A DNA stretch of 64,000 bases from assembly GCA_025999335.1 (NCBI GenBank), contig AP024681.1, positions 395,547-459,546 on the forward strand, in the 5' to 3' direction. Under the pieces are notes generated by a model that was given only the letters and a program-made list of their open reading frames with translations, was not told where the DNA came from and ran no database searches. Shown here in pieces: positions 1 to 8,561 of this stretch. The position numbers were made by a program, and so were the translations under genes. Each line of letters opens with the position of its first letter. The stretch's first letter is position 1. This stretch comes from Candidatus Parcubacteria bacterium. Lineage in GTDB: Bacteria > Patescibacteriota > Minisyncoccia > UBA6257 > HR35.

Positions 1-105
1 AGCAAAGGTATGGTTAACAAAATTTTAAAAGAAGGAGCTAGGCAAGCTAACAGAATTGCCGAGAAAAATTTAAAGACAATTTTAAAAATAGTTGGCTTAC
101 GATGA
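1..105 (+). CDS. trpS: C-terminal fragment of a class I aminoacyl-tRNA synthetase, most like tryptophanyl-tRNA synthetase. 5' end lies outside the window.
   Basis: Frame 1 reads ...SKGMVNKILKEGARQANRIAEKNLKTILKIVGLR* with stop at 103-105. This resembles the TrpRS C-terminal helix (..G..kAr.iA.etl.ev...GL). Confidence 0.4.
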   Translation, partial: SKGMVNKILKEGARQANRIAEKNLKTILKIVGLR

Positions 106-161
106 AATTTGTGACATTAACAATTTTAAATGATTATTAATAGAAAAAATATAGCTATATC

Positions 162-191
162 TTGACAATAGATATGTATATAGTTTATAAT
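162..191 (+). promoter_or_regulatory. sigma70-like promoter upstream of rplJ, followed by a short leader with a hairpin and a GGAGG ribosome-binding site
   Basis: TTGACA at 162-167, 18-nt spacer, TATAAT at 186-191. Leader 198-251 contains GTCTTTattAAAGAC stem and ggaggt at 243-248. Confidence 0.5.
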
Positions 192-251
192 ATACATTGT
201 CTTTATTAAAGACCGAAGAAGCGAGGCATTAACATAAGACCTCCGGAGGTT

Positions 252-764
252 ATGAAAACGCGACAACAAAAACAACAAGCTATAAGCGAATTATCAGATT
301 TGTTTCAAAGAAGTAAAGGATATTTGATTGTTAATATTTTAAATTTAAATTCTGAACAACAAACAAAACTCAAGGAAGCCTTAAAAGATAACAACGCTCT
401 TTTTAAAGTTGTGAAAAAAAGTTTGATTTATAAAGCTTTCCCTGATTTTGCTATCAAGGACAATGAACTAAAATTTCCTTTTGCTTTTATTTATGATTTT
501 GATGAAAACTTAAAATGCTTGCAGGTGATTAAATCATTAAAAAATGAAAATATTAATATAGACCTGGAGAAAGGTTATTTATGGGATAGAATCTTTAGCA
601 AGGAAGATTTAGCCGTGATCGTAAACTTGCCTAGCAAAGATGAGTTATTGCGCGATTTGTTGTCAGTTTTAGCTAAAAATTTATATTATTTACATTATGC
701 TTTAACTTTTCCAATGCAAAAATTACTTTTAACGTTGTCGTTTATTAATAATAAAAAAACTTAA
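252..764 (+). CDS. rplJ: 50S ribosomal protein L10
   Basis: 170 aa, lies immediately upstream of L7/L12, and the N-terminal region is L10-like. Confidence 0.8.
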   Translation: MKTRQQKQQAISELSDLFQRSKGYLIVNILNLNSEQQTKLKEALKDNNALFKVVKKSLIYKAFPDFAIKDNELKFPFAFIYDFDENLKCLQVIKSLKNENINIDLEKGYLWDRIFSKEDLAVIVNLPSKDELLRDLLSVLAKNLYYLHYALTFPMQKLLLTLSFINNKKT

Positions 765-773
765 TTTATTATT

Positions 774-1151
774 ATGTCAGAGAAAATACAAAAAATTATA
801 GATGAAATTTCTAATTTAACAGTCGTTGAATTGAATTCTTTAATAAAAAGTTTAGAAGATAAATTTGGTATTAGTGCTATGCCAGCAGCGGCAGTTAATG
901 TGGCTGCAGCGCCATCGGCTGCTCCCGAGGCTGCTTCTTCGGTTGTTGATTTATTATTGGTCGATGCCGGCGCTAATAAAATCAATGTTATTAAGGTTAT
1001 TAAAGAATTAAATCCTAATATTTCTTTAAAGGATGCTAAAGATATAGCTGATAATCCTCCGCAAAAAGTTGCTGAAAAATTAGAGCGCGCTAAAGCTGAG
1101 GAATTTAAGAAAAAATTTGAAGCTGCTGGCGCTAAAGTTGAGATTAAGTAA
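774..1151 (+). CDS. rplL: 50S ribosomal protein L7/L12
   Basis: 125 aa. Ala/Pro-rich hinge (AAAVNVAAAPSAAPEAA) and C-terminal domain ...KVIKELNPNISLKDAKDIAD...EEFKKKFEAAGAKVEIK. Confidence 0.9.
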   Translation: MSEKIQKIIDEISNLTVVELNSLIKSLEDKFGISAMPAAAVNVAAAPSAAPEAASSVVDLLLVDAGANKINVIKVIKELNPNISLKDAKDIADNPPQKVAEKLERAKAEEFKKKFEAAGAKVEIK

Positions 1152-1220
1152 AAATTAAAAATATAATTTCACGAATAATAATTATTATATTTTCTTAGCA
1201 ATTTTAAGTTTATTTTTGCT

Positions 1221-2159
1221 TTAAAATTTTTTTAAAAAATATGATAATAAACGAAAATTTTCAGGATCTATAAAGCACTTTTTAACACCCATTTTCCATA
1301 CAGACCAATGATTTAAACCAATACGTGATTTTGCTAATTCAATAGCTATATTCATATTAATTTCGGGGTCTTTTAAAGCTGCTGCGCATTTAGAGTATAG
1401 TTCTTGATTTTTGACTCGACAGGTATAGACATTACGGGGATCATCGCGTTCAAAAATATCACCAGGATTACATAGGGTATTATCCTTGGTTCTAAAACTA
1501 TGTACTGCCATATTGACTTGAAAAAGACCAATAGAAAAAGAATTACCATCTTTGCATTTATCTACTTTAGATTCCATATTGCTTTCACCGCCGCTTTCAT
1601 AAAGACAAATAAGAGCTAATCCATCAGCTACCTTAAAATTATAGTTGCCTATTGCTTCTTTAATTTTAATTCCGATTTTATCCGAATCGCAGGCAGAAGA
1701 ACCAATAGGTATGTCGCATTTATATCTTGTATTATAAGGGTTAAACGAATATTTATTAATTATATCTTCAGGTATTTCTACACCCTCGTCGCCGCCGCCA
1801 GCTCCTGGAAATGTTCCGGGAACATTGGGATCAAACGGAGGTAAGTCTACTGTAACTTTAGGAATGAATAATTTTACATTTGTGAAAATATCAGCGTTGA
1901 CAAAATACATAATAGCGGGCATAATAAGAGCAATAATTAAAGCAATAAGGGATTTTTTCATTTTATCTTTACCTTCTTGGGCATTGTAAATATTTGCTGC
2001 AGAAAGAATATATTGAAAAGCGCCGAAAACAAAAAACAAAAAAGATAAAGCTATTAAAATTGCAACTAACAAATTATAGATAGCTTGAAAACAGGTAGCA
2101 ATATCTGAGCATTGAGTTAATAATAATTCTGATGGTTGTGGTAGGTTAATGATTGGCAT
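1221..2159 (-). CDS. membrane-anchored lytic transglycosylase (SLT/lysozyme-like) with a VirB2/TrbC-pilin-like two-helix N-terminus
   Basis: Two hydrophobic helices separated by a charged loop in the first ~100 aa. C-terminal part carries SLT-like motifs ...ICLYESGGE... and ...SIGLFQVN... Confidence 0.5.
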   Translation of the reverse strand: MPIINLPQPSELLLTQCSDIATCFQAIYNLLVAILIALSFLFFVFGAFQYILSAANIYNAQEGKDKMKKSLIALIIALIMPAIMYFVNADIFTNVKLFIPKVTVDLPPFDPNVPGTFPGAGGGDEGVEIPEDIINKYSFNPYNTRYKCDIPIGSSACDSDKIGIKIKEAIGNYNFKVADGLALICLYESGGESNMESKVDKCKDGNSFSIGLFQVNMAVHSFRTKDNTLCNPGDIFERDDPRNVYTCRVKNQELYSKCAAALKDPEINMNIAIELAKSRIGLNHWSVWKMGVKKCFIDPENFRLLSYFLKKF

Positions 2160-2237
2160 AAATTAATACTTTTAAGCAAATTAATGATTAAATTTAATTT
2201 AAATTATAATTTAATTATAATTTATGTTTAATCAACT

Positions 2238-2310
2238 GCCCCTGTAGCTCAATAGGAAGAGCGCGTGGCTTCGGACCACGAGGTTGGGGGTTCGACTCCC
2301 TCCAGGGGTG
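2238..2310 (+). tRNA. tRNA-Arg (anticodon TCG)
   Basis: 73-nt cloverleaf folded by hand: acceptor GCCCCTG/CAGGGGT, D stem GCTC/GAGC, anticodon stem CGTGG/CCACG with loop CTTCGGA, T arm GGGGG-TTCGACT-CCCTC, discriminator G. CCA is not encoded. Confidence 0.8.
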
Positions 2311-2336
2311 CTAAGAGCTAAACAGACTAGAAAATA

Positions 2337-3113
2337 ATGCCTATTAACCATCAAACAAAAAATCAGCAAAAATCATCTATTAACAGTCTAACTCTTTTAT
2401 TATTTTTTATAGCAGGCGCTTTGGTAATTTTAGGAATCAATGCCGGCTTATTAAAAATTTCTACGGCGCCGAGCCAGAACGCAGATAATTTGCAATTAAC
2501 AACTAAATCTCTTGATATATATTCTCAGAAACCCATTGATAATCCTATAAAACCTTTAGGCGGTAGTTTTTTAACTGAATCTGACAGTCAGCAACAATCA
2601 ATAGTTTATCTTTGCGCAAACTCAAAAGAACACGCTAAAGAAATAATCAAAGATTATTTTTATACCTCAGTAAATGAAAACGATATTGTTAACCTTGAAG
2701 TTTATCCGGAATATATCGCTGTTCATTTTGCTAAAAAAATTCGCGATCATCAACAATGGAATATTTTACGTTGTGATTATTTTATTGATCAAGCGTCTTT
2801 TTCCCCTTATCAAGATGTTCAGTTGGCTAAACTCGGTATTTTTAAAGGCAAACCGTCAAAAGAATCTTTAAATTATTTAATATGGTTTTTAATAAGAATA
2901 GGAGTTGTTGAATTAGAAGGATCTAACCAGGGTGTTGATATTTATAAAAGTGATATTTTTGAAAACGATAAAGAAATTGTAAGGATAGACCAAGGAATAT
3001 ACTGGACCGCTAACGATGTTCCGCCATTTGAAACCCGTAAATTAAAAGTTGAATATGAGTATCGTTTACGAAAAAGCGACGGACAACTTTTTTATTCTCG
3101 AATAGTAAAATAA
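2337..3113 (+). CDS. hypothetical protein with an N-terminal membrane anchor or signal peptide
   Basis: 258-aa ORF with hydrophobic stretch LTLLLFFIAGALVILGINAGLL. No recognisable family. Confidence 0.4.
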   Translation: MPINHQTKNQQKSSINSLTLLLFFIAGALVILGINAGLLKISTAPSQNADNLQLTTKSLDIYSQKPIDNPIKPLGGSFLTESDSQQQSIVYLCANSKEHAKEIIKDYFYTSVNENDIVNLEVYPEYIAVHFAKKIRDHQQWNILRCDYFIDQASFSPYQDVQLAKLGIFKGKPSKESLNYLIWFLIRIGVVELEGSNQGVDIYKSDIFENDKEIVRIDQGIYWTANDVPPFETRKLKVEYEYRLRKSDGQLFYSRIVK

Positions 3114-3177
3114 AAATCTAACAAATTTTAGTAATTGATTGTATAAACAAGATATCTCCTTTAAAATAAAACACGGA

Positions 3178-4173
3178 TTACAACTTTTTTCTTTTTAATT
3201 TCTCCCAAAAATATATCAACCAATACCTTCCAGAAAATCTGTAATCAATTGTTGGAAAAAGTTTAATTAATTCACCGCCAAACCCCTTTTTAAATTGAGT
3301 TAAACCATACCAAGGATGACGAGAAGTTTCTTTTCGAGCTATTCCCCAAAAATTGTAAAATTTACAACCCCGTTTTTTTGCCTCTTGAATAATTTCCCAT
3401 TGAAGTTTATAATTTAGTGGTTCTTTAATTGGATAAGATGCTGAATGATGATAAAAAGCAAGCTTATGCGAAAAAATAATTAAAGCTACAGAATAATATT
3501 TATTTTCAACTTTACCTAAAAAAAACAGAGCTTTGTTTTCTTTGGCAAAAATTTCAAATTCTTTTTTAATAAATTCTTTTTGATAGGGAACAAAGTTTTT
3601 GCGTTTAGCTAAGTCTTCATAAATTGACCAAAAAGTTTCAAATTTTTCTAAATTATCGGTTTTTTCAATTTCTAAAAAAGGTTTTTTTAAGGAATCTAAA
3701 ACTGCTTTTCGATGGCGATCATTCATTTCTTTAAGCATTTCTTCGTCATTTTTAATTTCTTTTATCCAGAAATTTTCGGAGACAGCATAGGTTGGCGCTA
3801 AAATAAAACCAATTTTTTTAAAATCAATTTTTAAATTTTCAGGTTCCGCGAGATTGATTCTTAAAAAGTCATATTTTTTAAAATAATTATTTTCTTTTAA
3901 AAATTCTAAAATTTTACTTAATCCGTTTTCGAAATGCTCTTTTTTAATTACTGGTCCATGATGACAAACCAAACCTTTGCCTCTTTTTCCTTGATAACCA
4001 ATTAATTGACAAACGCCAATTAAATCATTTTCAAAAATTCCCAATCTTAAAATTTCTCTCCCTAAATTTTTTTCAACTTCGCCATACTCAAAATCTTGCA
4101 AAAAACTTAAATAATTATTATCATCTAAAAATTTATTCCATTGATTTTGATTTTCTAAAATTTTTATTTCCAT
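3178..4173 (-). CDS. FemAB/FemX-family aminoacyl-tRNA-dependent peptidyltransferase (peptidoglycan interpeptide-bridge formation family)
   Basis: 331 aa, two-lobed GNAT-like layout typical of FemAB, including the C-terminal ...KFYNFWGI...RHPWYGLTQFKKGFGG... motif region. Confidence 0.65.
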   Translation of the reverse strand: MEIKILENQNQWNKFLDDNNYLSFLQDFEYGEVEKNLGREILRLGIFENDLIGVCQLIGYQGKRGKGLVCHHGPVIKKEHFENGLSKILEFLKENNYFKKYDFLRINLAEPENLKIDFKKIGFILAPTYAVSENFWIKEIKNDEEMLKEMNDRHRKAVLDSLKKPFLEIEKTDNLEKFETFWSIYEDLAKRKNFVPYQKEFIKKEFEIFAKENKALFFLGKVENKYYSVALIIFSHKLAFYHHSASYPIKEPLNYKLQWEIIQEAKKRGCKFYNFWGIARKETSRHPWYGLTQFKKGFGGELIKLFPTIDYRFSGRYWLIYFWEKLKRKKL

Positions 4174-4462
4174 AGGATTTGAGGTTATTTTTTATTATTT
4201 TGAATTACTTTTGCCTAAATAAAAGTAAAAATGATTTTGTCAAGGTTTATGATTAACTTTTTGCTTATTATTGAAGCAAAAATAATTAACCGCAAACTTT
4301 TCGGCTGAATTTTTATAGAAATTATTATATCATTTAAAAATTTTGAATCCTAAAAAATTAAATGATTAAAAAACTCCTTTCATTTTTTATTTAAATTGAA
4401 TGCAATAAGTTTTGTAATTATAATTGTAATTATAATTAGTTGCATTATTTTAATTGATCCTC

Positions 4463-4491
4463 TTGACAAATTATAATTTTTATGCTATATT
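4463..4491 (+). promoter_or_regulatory. sigma70-like promoter driving a short GC-rich transcript
   Basis: TTGACA at 4463-4468, 17-nt spacer, TATATT at 4486-4491 (a second TATAAT at 4492-4497). Predicted transcription start near the GG at 4498-4499. Confidence 0.35.
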
Positions 4492-4497
4492 TATAAT

Positions 4498-4571
4498 GGC
4501 ACCCTCCCGTCCACCCCCATCCGCACCGCACCGCGGGGGATCTTGTTTTTCTACAAGATCCCCCATTTTTT
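4498..4571 (+). ncRNA. candidate small RNA of about 75 nt, with a C-rich unstructured 5' part and an intrinsic terminator
   Basis: Isolated GC-rich island ggcaccctcccgtccacccccatccgcaccgcaccgc in an AT-rich intergenic gap. Sits directly between a promoter and a perfect 11-bp terminator stem. No ORF. Not a tRNA fold. Confidence 0.3.
4535..4571 (+). terminator. rho-independent terminator, plus-strand orientation
   Basis: GGGGGATCTTG (4535-4545), loop tttttcta, CAAGATCCCCC (4554-4564), then ATTTTTT. The minus-strand side has no U-tract. Confidence 0.6.
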
Positions 4572-4640
4572 ATTTACGTTTATTTATAATCTCTGGATAA
4601 AAATAAATATACTTTAGTTAATTTTTGCTAGATATTTATA

Positions 4641-5921
4641 TTAGATATAGTTATATTTTTGTAATAAGTTTATTATTGTTTGGGCTTGTTGTTCGTTAAT
4701 ATTTGGATGTGTTGGTAAATTAAGAAGTTTGCGGCTAACATTTTCAGCCTTTGGACAAGTTCCTAATTTATAAGCAAAATTTTCTATATTAGAACAAGGC
4801 GCTAAAACGCATCTATACCAATCGCCAAGATAGATATTTTGTTTTTTAAATTTTTCTAAAACTTTATCAGGATTTTGAGAGAAAATAGGAAATCTTAAGA
4901 AAATAGGTTCGGAATCATTATTGATAGTAAAATTTTTTAAACCTGCGGCTATATAAATTTGAGCAATTTTTTTTCGTTGCTCATTAAATCTTTCTAATTT
5001 GTTTAATTGGTTTACTAATAAAGGAAATAGAATTTTAGGGAATTTAGCAAGATAGTTCTTTGGTTGTTTGCCTTGTTTTTCAAGAGAGGAAACCATTTCT
5101 AAAGTAAAATTTTTAGTTCTTAAAAATTTTAAGTAGATTTTCATTAGGAAGTTGTAATTTTCTTTTGCTTTATAAAGTATTTTGCCGGTGAATAAAGTTT
5201 TTTTAATTTCTTTAGAATCTAAATCCGGCAGTTCTTGGTATTTTTGTCGAATTTTTTCATTGAAGTTTTTATTTCTAACAATTAAAGCACCACCAGTGAT
5301 AGCAGAGATAACTTTATTGCGGTTAAAGCTTAATAGTACAAAATCGCCAAAATTTCCTAAATAGACGCCTTTATATTTTGCACCTAAAGAATGAGTTAAA
5401 TTTTCAATGATTAAAAGATTGTTTTTTTTAGCAATATTTAGAATTTCTTCAATTTTAGCTGGGATACCGAAAGTATTTTGAATAATTATCGCTTTTGTTG
5501 TTTCATTAATTTTGTTTTTTAAATCATCGATATTTAAATTAAAACTTTCATCAATGTCAATATAAAGAGGCTGGAAACCAGCAAATTTTATAGCATTAGG
5601 GACAACTAAACAGGAAAAAGCTTGGGTTAATATATGCGGATCGCGGCGAATATTACTTGCGTTTATTTGCGTTTTTAAAACGTTCGTGTTTATTCGCGTA
5701 TCTATATTTTCCAATAAAAAACTTAAAGCACTTCTAGCTGAATTAAAAAAATAAATTTCTGTATTAGGAAAATAAGTAAATAAAAATTTTTTTGCTTTTT
5801 CTTCTAAGTTTTCAAAATCAAAAGAATAATTTTTTAATAATTTATCTATAATTTCAAAATCATCATATTCAAAATTTGGAACTAAATCAATGTTAATTGG
5901 TTTTTTCATTTGTTTAATCAT
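4641..5921 (-). CDS. DegT/DnrJ/EryC1/StrS-family PLP-dependent aminotransferase (amino-sugar aminotransferase type)
   Basis: 426 aa. ...NSARSALSFLL..., ...AIIIQNTFGIPA... and the PLP-lysine region ...GDFVLLSFNRNKVISAITGGALI... match the DegT family pattern SFH..K. Confidence 0.65.
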   Translation of the reverse strand: MIKQMKKPINIDLVPNFEYDDFEIIDKLLKNYSFDFENLEEKAKKFLFTYFPNTEIYFFNSARSALSFLLENIDTRINTNVLKTQINASNIRRDPHILTQAFSCLVVPNAIKFAGFQPLYIDIDESFNLNIDDLKNKINETTKAIIIQNTFGIPAKIEEILNIAKKNNLLIIENLTHSLGAKYKGVYLGNFGDFVLLSFNRNKVISAITGGALIVRNKNFNEKIRQKYQELPDLDSKEIKKTLFTGKILYKAKENYNFLMKIYLKFLRTKNFTLEMVSSLEKQGKQPKNYLAKFPKILFPLLVNQLNKLERFNEQRKKIAQIYIAAGLKNFTINNDSEPIFLRFPIFSQNPDKVLEKFKKQNIYLGDWYRCVLAPCSNIENFAYKLGTCPKAENVSRKLLNLPTHPNINEQQAQTIINLLQKYNYI

Positions 5922-6034
5922 TTAAACCTTTGCAGACTATACGCAAACTGTCGCCAACTATTTCGGGAGCTTTTATGAACTTTCTTATTAATCGTGAAGT
6001 ATTATATGCCGGTATTTTTTTACTATAGTTCATA

Positions 6035-7570
6035 TTAATTCATAATAAATTTTATTTTTTCCGGAAATCTATTAAAAATCCAAATCCCGATTTTTTTATT
6101 TTTTAAACTTTGTAAGAACAATTCTAATTCTTCTGCGTTTTTAATTAGCCATACTTTTTCTTTTAAAATTTCTTTAAAAATTTCAATATAATCATTAGAA
6201 GTTAAAATGATTTTATCAAAACTTAAAAATTGTAATGCTAATTCTTTATAAATTATTTCTGCTTCTGCGCCTAGTTCAAAAAGACCATTAAAAACAATTA
6301 TTTTATAATCAAACTCTAAATTTTTAAAAAATTTAATACTATCAAAAACTCCTTTAGGATTGGCATTGTAAGAATCGTCAAAAATATTTATGTTTTCTTT
6401 AATCTTTAGTTTTAAGAATCCTTCAGGTAGTTCTAAAGTTTTAATTTTTTCATAATATTCTTTTAAATTATCAATTAAAGATAGATAAGTTAAAATTCCG
6501 CAAAGATTTTCAATTTGCATAGGGAAAATAATTTTTGTGGTAAAAATTTCATCTTTAAATTTAAAAACTGTTTTTTCTAAGTTTTGTTCCAAAATTGTAT
6601 AAGGTTCGTAAAGATATAATTTAATTTGCGGTGCTTTTACTTTTTCAATAGCGTTTTTTAGTTTTTCAAAATATTCATGATTTTGATTAACGATTAAAAT
6701 TCCTTCCTTCATCCAGGTTAAAATTTCAACGCCTTCGCCTTGAATAATGTTTTCTATGCTTCCGAACAGAAATAAATGTTGCTTGGTAATACCGGTGATA
6801 AAAGCAATATGAGGAGTGATGTATTGAGTTATCCATTTAACATTACCTAAATAATAAGAACCAAATTCAATTATTAAATAATCATAATTTTCTAAATCAG
6901 TTTTTAAGACAAATTTTAAAAGCGCATATTCGTGATTAATTCTTGGAGGCGTCGAGATGACTTTGTATTTTTCCTGTAATAGTTGTTCTAAAAATTCTTT
7001 AGTTGATGATTTGCCATAACTACCAACAATTCCGATAATTTTTAAATTCTTGTTTTTTGTTAATTTTTGCTTAACTTTTTTGCCTAAATAATTTAAATAT
7101 GGCTTAACAAGTAAATCAAATATACTAATAGCGATTGTAAAAACTATAAATTGACTTACCCACAAAGATAATAAAGTTGTTATTATTTTATTATTATTAA
7201 CTATATATAAGAGAAAGGTATTGATAATAAAGCTAAAAATAGTGATAATGATTACTTTAGGCGTAAAAAAAATTTTTTTTATTAAAGAGCGTCTCAAAAT
7301 AAATATGAAAATAATTAAGAGGAGAGCGATAAAATTTAAGAATTGAGATAAGAAATTTATTTTTTGCAAAGAAAAAAAATCAAACCATATTGATCCAACT
7401 ACTAAAAGATATAGCAAATATTCTTTTTTATTAAAAATGAGTTTCCGTGAGCTTGGAAGATAAAAATGAGCTACGGCTCTTTTGAAAAGATAATTTTTGA
7501 TTTGATAAAATCTTAAAACCGCCGTGCCATTAATTAAAAATATAATAAGAGAAAGAAAAAAACTAATCAT
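6035..7570 (-). CDS. MurF-like Mur-ligase-family enzyme fused to an N-terminal polytopic membrane domain of about 170 aa
   Basis: Four to five hydrophobic helices, then P-loop IIGIVGSYGKSSTKEF (compare MurF ITGSVGKTSTKEM). Then ...NHEYAL...IIEFGSYYLGNVKWITQYITPHIAFITGITKQHLFLFGSIENIIQGEGVEI..., which parallels the MurF central domain. Confidence 0.6.
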   Translation of the reverse strand: MISFFLSLIIFLINGTAVLRFYQIKNYLFKRAVAHFYLPSSRKLIFNKKEYLLYLLVVGSIWFDFFSLQKINFLSQFLNFIALLLIIFIFILRRSLIKKIFFTPKVIIITIFSFIINTFLLYIVNNNKIITTLLSLWVSQFIVFTIAISIFDLLVKPYLNYLGKKVKQKLTKNKNLKIIGIVGSYGKSSTKEFLEQLLQEKYKVISTPPRINHEYALLKFVLKTDLENYDYLIIEFGSYYLGNVKWITQYITPHIAFITGITKQHLFLFGSIENIIQGEGVEILTWMKEGILIVNQNHEYFEKLKNAIEKVKAPQIKLYLYEPYTILEQNLEKTVFKFKDEIFTTKIIFPMQIENLCGILTYLSLIDNLKEYYEKIKTLELPEGFLKLKIKENINIFDDSYNANPKGVFDSIKFFKNLEFDYKIIVFNGLFELGAEAEIIYKELALQFLSFDKIILTSNDYIEIFKEILKEKVWLIKNAEELELFLQSLKNKKIGIWIFNRFPEKIKFIMN

Positions 7571-7783
7571 TACTTTTGTAAAAACTTAACAAAGATAGAA
7601 TTTTATGACAATAAAATCGCAATAAATGACATAGTAATTATATCATCGTTTAGAAAAGACTTTAATACTCTGCGAAGCAAAAATATTTTTACTTTAAAAA
7701 CAAACAAGATAAGCAAAAATTTTTACATTGAAGAGGTAATTACCTATTTTCGCGAACAAACTTTAAAAAAAATTTTATCGGAA

Positions 7784-8488
7784 TCAGATATTTAAAGCTT
7801 CTTTTAATATTTTAGCGAATTTTTCAGGATCTTTTTTGTGGTAACTATGACCTCCTTCAAAAACGATTAGCTGAGAATTTTTAATTAATTGTTGTAACAA
7901 TTTGCCTTCTTTTAAAGGAGTTATTTTGTCATAGACGCCCCAAAGCATTATTGTTGGTACGCTAACTTCTTTAGCTTTTTCGCTTAAATCTTGATATATA
8001 TTTTTCATAGTTTTTTTCAAATTATCATCAACATTAAAATAATCATAACTTCTGACAATAAAACGATAGATAATTTTTTTTATAAATAAAGCTATTTTTT
8101 GAGGAAAAATTTTTTCAACTTTTTTAACAATGCGAGCCAATGTTCTTAAAATTTTTACTTTAATTTTTTTTGAAGTTGATCTAACAATTGCTGGATTGTA
8201 GAGAATTAATTTTTTTACTTTTTGTGGGTGTTTAATAGCAAAAAGCATAGCCAAAGCTCCACCAAAGGAATGTCCTAAAAGATAAAAATTGTCAAGCTGT
8301 TTAGTGTTTTCTTCTATAAATTGAATAAAATCTTCAAAGGTATAAGGGCGAGGTAATGGTGTTTTAAATCCAGGTAAATCTAAAGCTCTGATAACATTAA
8401 AGTCTTGATTAATTAGCTCAATAACTGATTGATAAGAATTGCTACTATCTCGCCAGCCATGGATGATGACTAAATTTTCTTTTGGCAT
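7784..8488 (-). CDS. alpha/beta-fold hydrolase (esterase/lipase type)
   Basis: 234 aa. ...LVIIHGWRDS... oxyanion region and nucleophile elbow LLGHSFGGALA. Confidence 0.7.
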   Translation of the reverse strand: MPKENLVIIHGWRDSSNSYQSVIELINQDFNVIRALDLPGFKTPLPRPYTFEDFIQFIEENTKQLDNFYLLGHSFGGALAMLFAIKHPQKVKKLILYNPAIVRSTSKKIKVKILRTLARIVKKVEKIFPQKIALFIKKIIYRFIVRSYDYFNVDDNLKKTMKNIYQDLSEKAKEVSVPTIMLWGVYDKITPLKEGKLLQQLIKNSQLIVFEGGHSYHKKDPEKFAKILKEALNI

Positions 8489-8561
8489 AATTTTAAATTA
8501 AATGATTAATTGCGATTTTTATTTTAAAAACACAATATATTAATTAAATTATAATATTATA

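Noticed and set aside
761-985. 74-aa minus-strand ORF antisense to rplL. The same applies to the other short ORFs in the track: 2674-2871, 5182-5364, 9082-9267, 11985-12179, 14398-14670, 17869-18096, 22775-22978, 29844-30047, 32709-32945, 33576-33782, 34166-34369, 34571-34753, 35776-35997, 36601-36792, 38385-38609, 38462-38674, 38928-39161, 44392-44604, 47234-47584, 50802-50993, 50867-51217, 53482-53679, 54809-55060, 56055-56252, 56968-57171, 57236-57421, 59007-59210, 59450-59635, 63193-63381.
   Set aside because: All lie inside, or antisense to, well-supported longer genes with clear homology. They are 60-116 aa, low-complexity, and explained by AT-rich chance frames.
4535-4571. Hairpin at 4535-4564 as the terminator of the minus-strand DegT gene (ends 4641)
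   Set aside because: On the minus strand the stem is followed by GCGGTGCGGTG rather than a U-tract. The U-tract is on the plus strand only, so it is called as a plus-strand terminator of the short GC-rich transcript.
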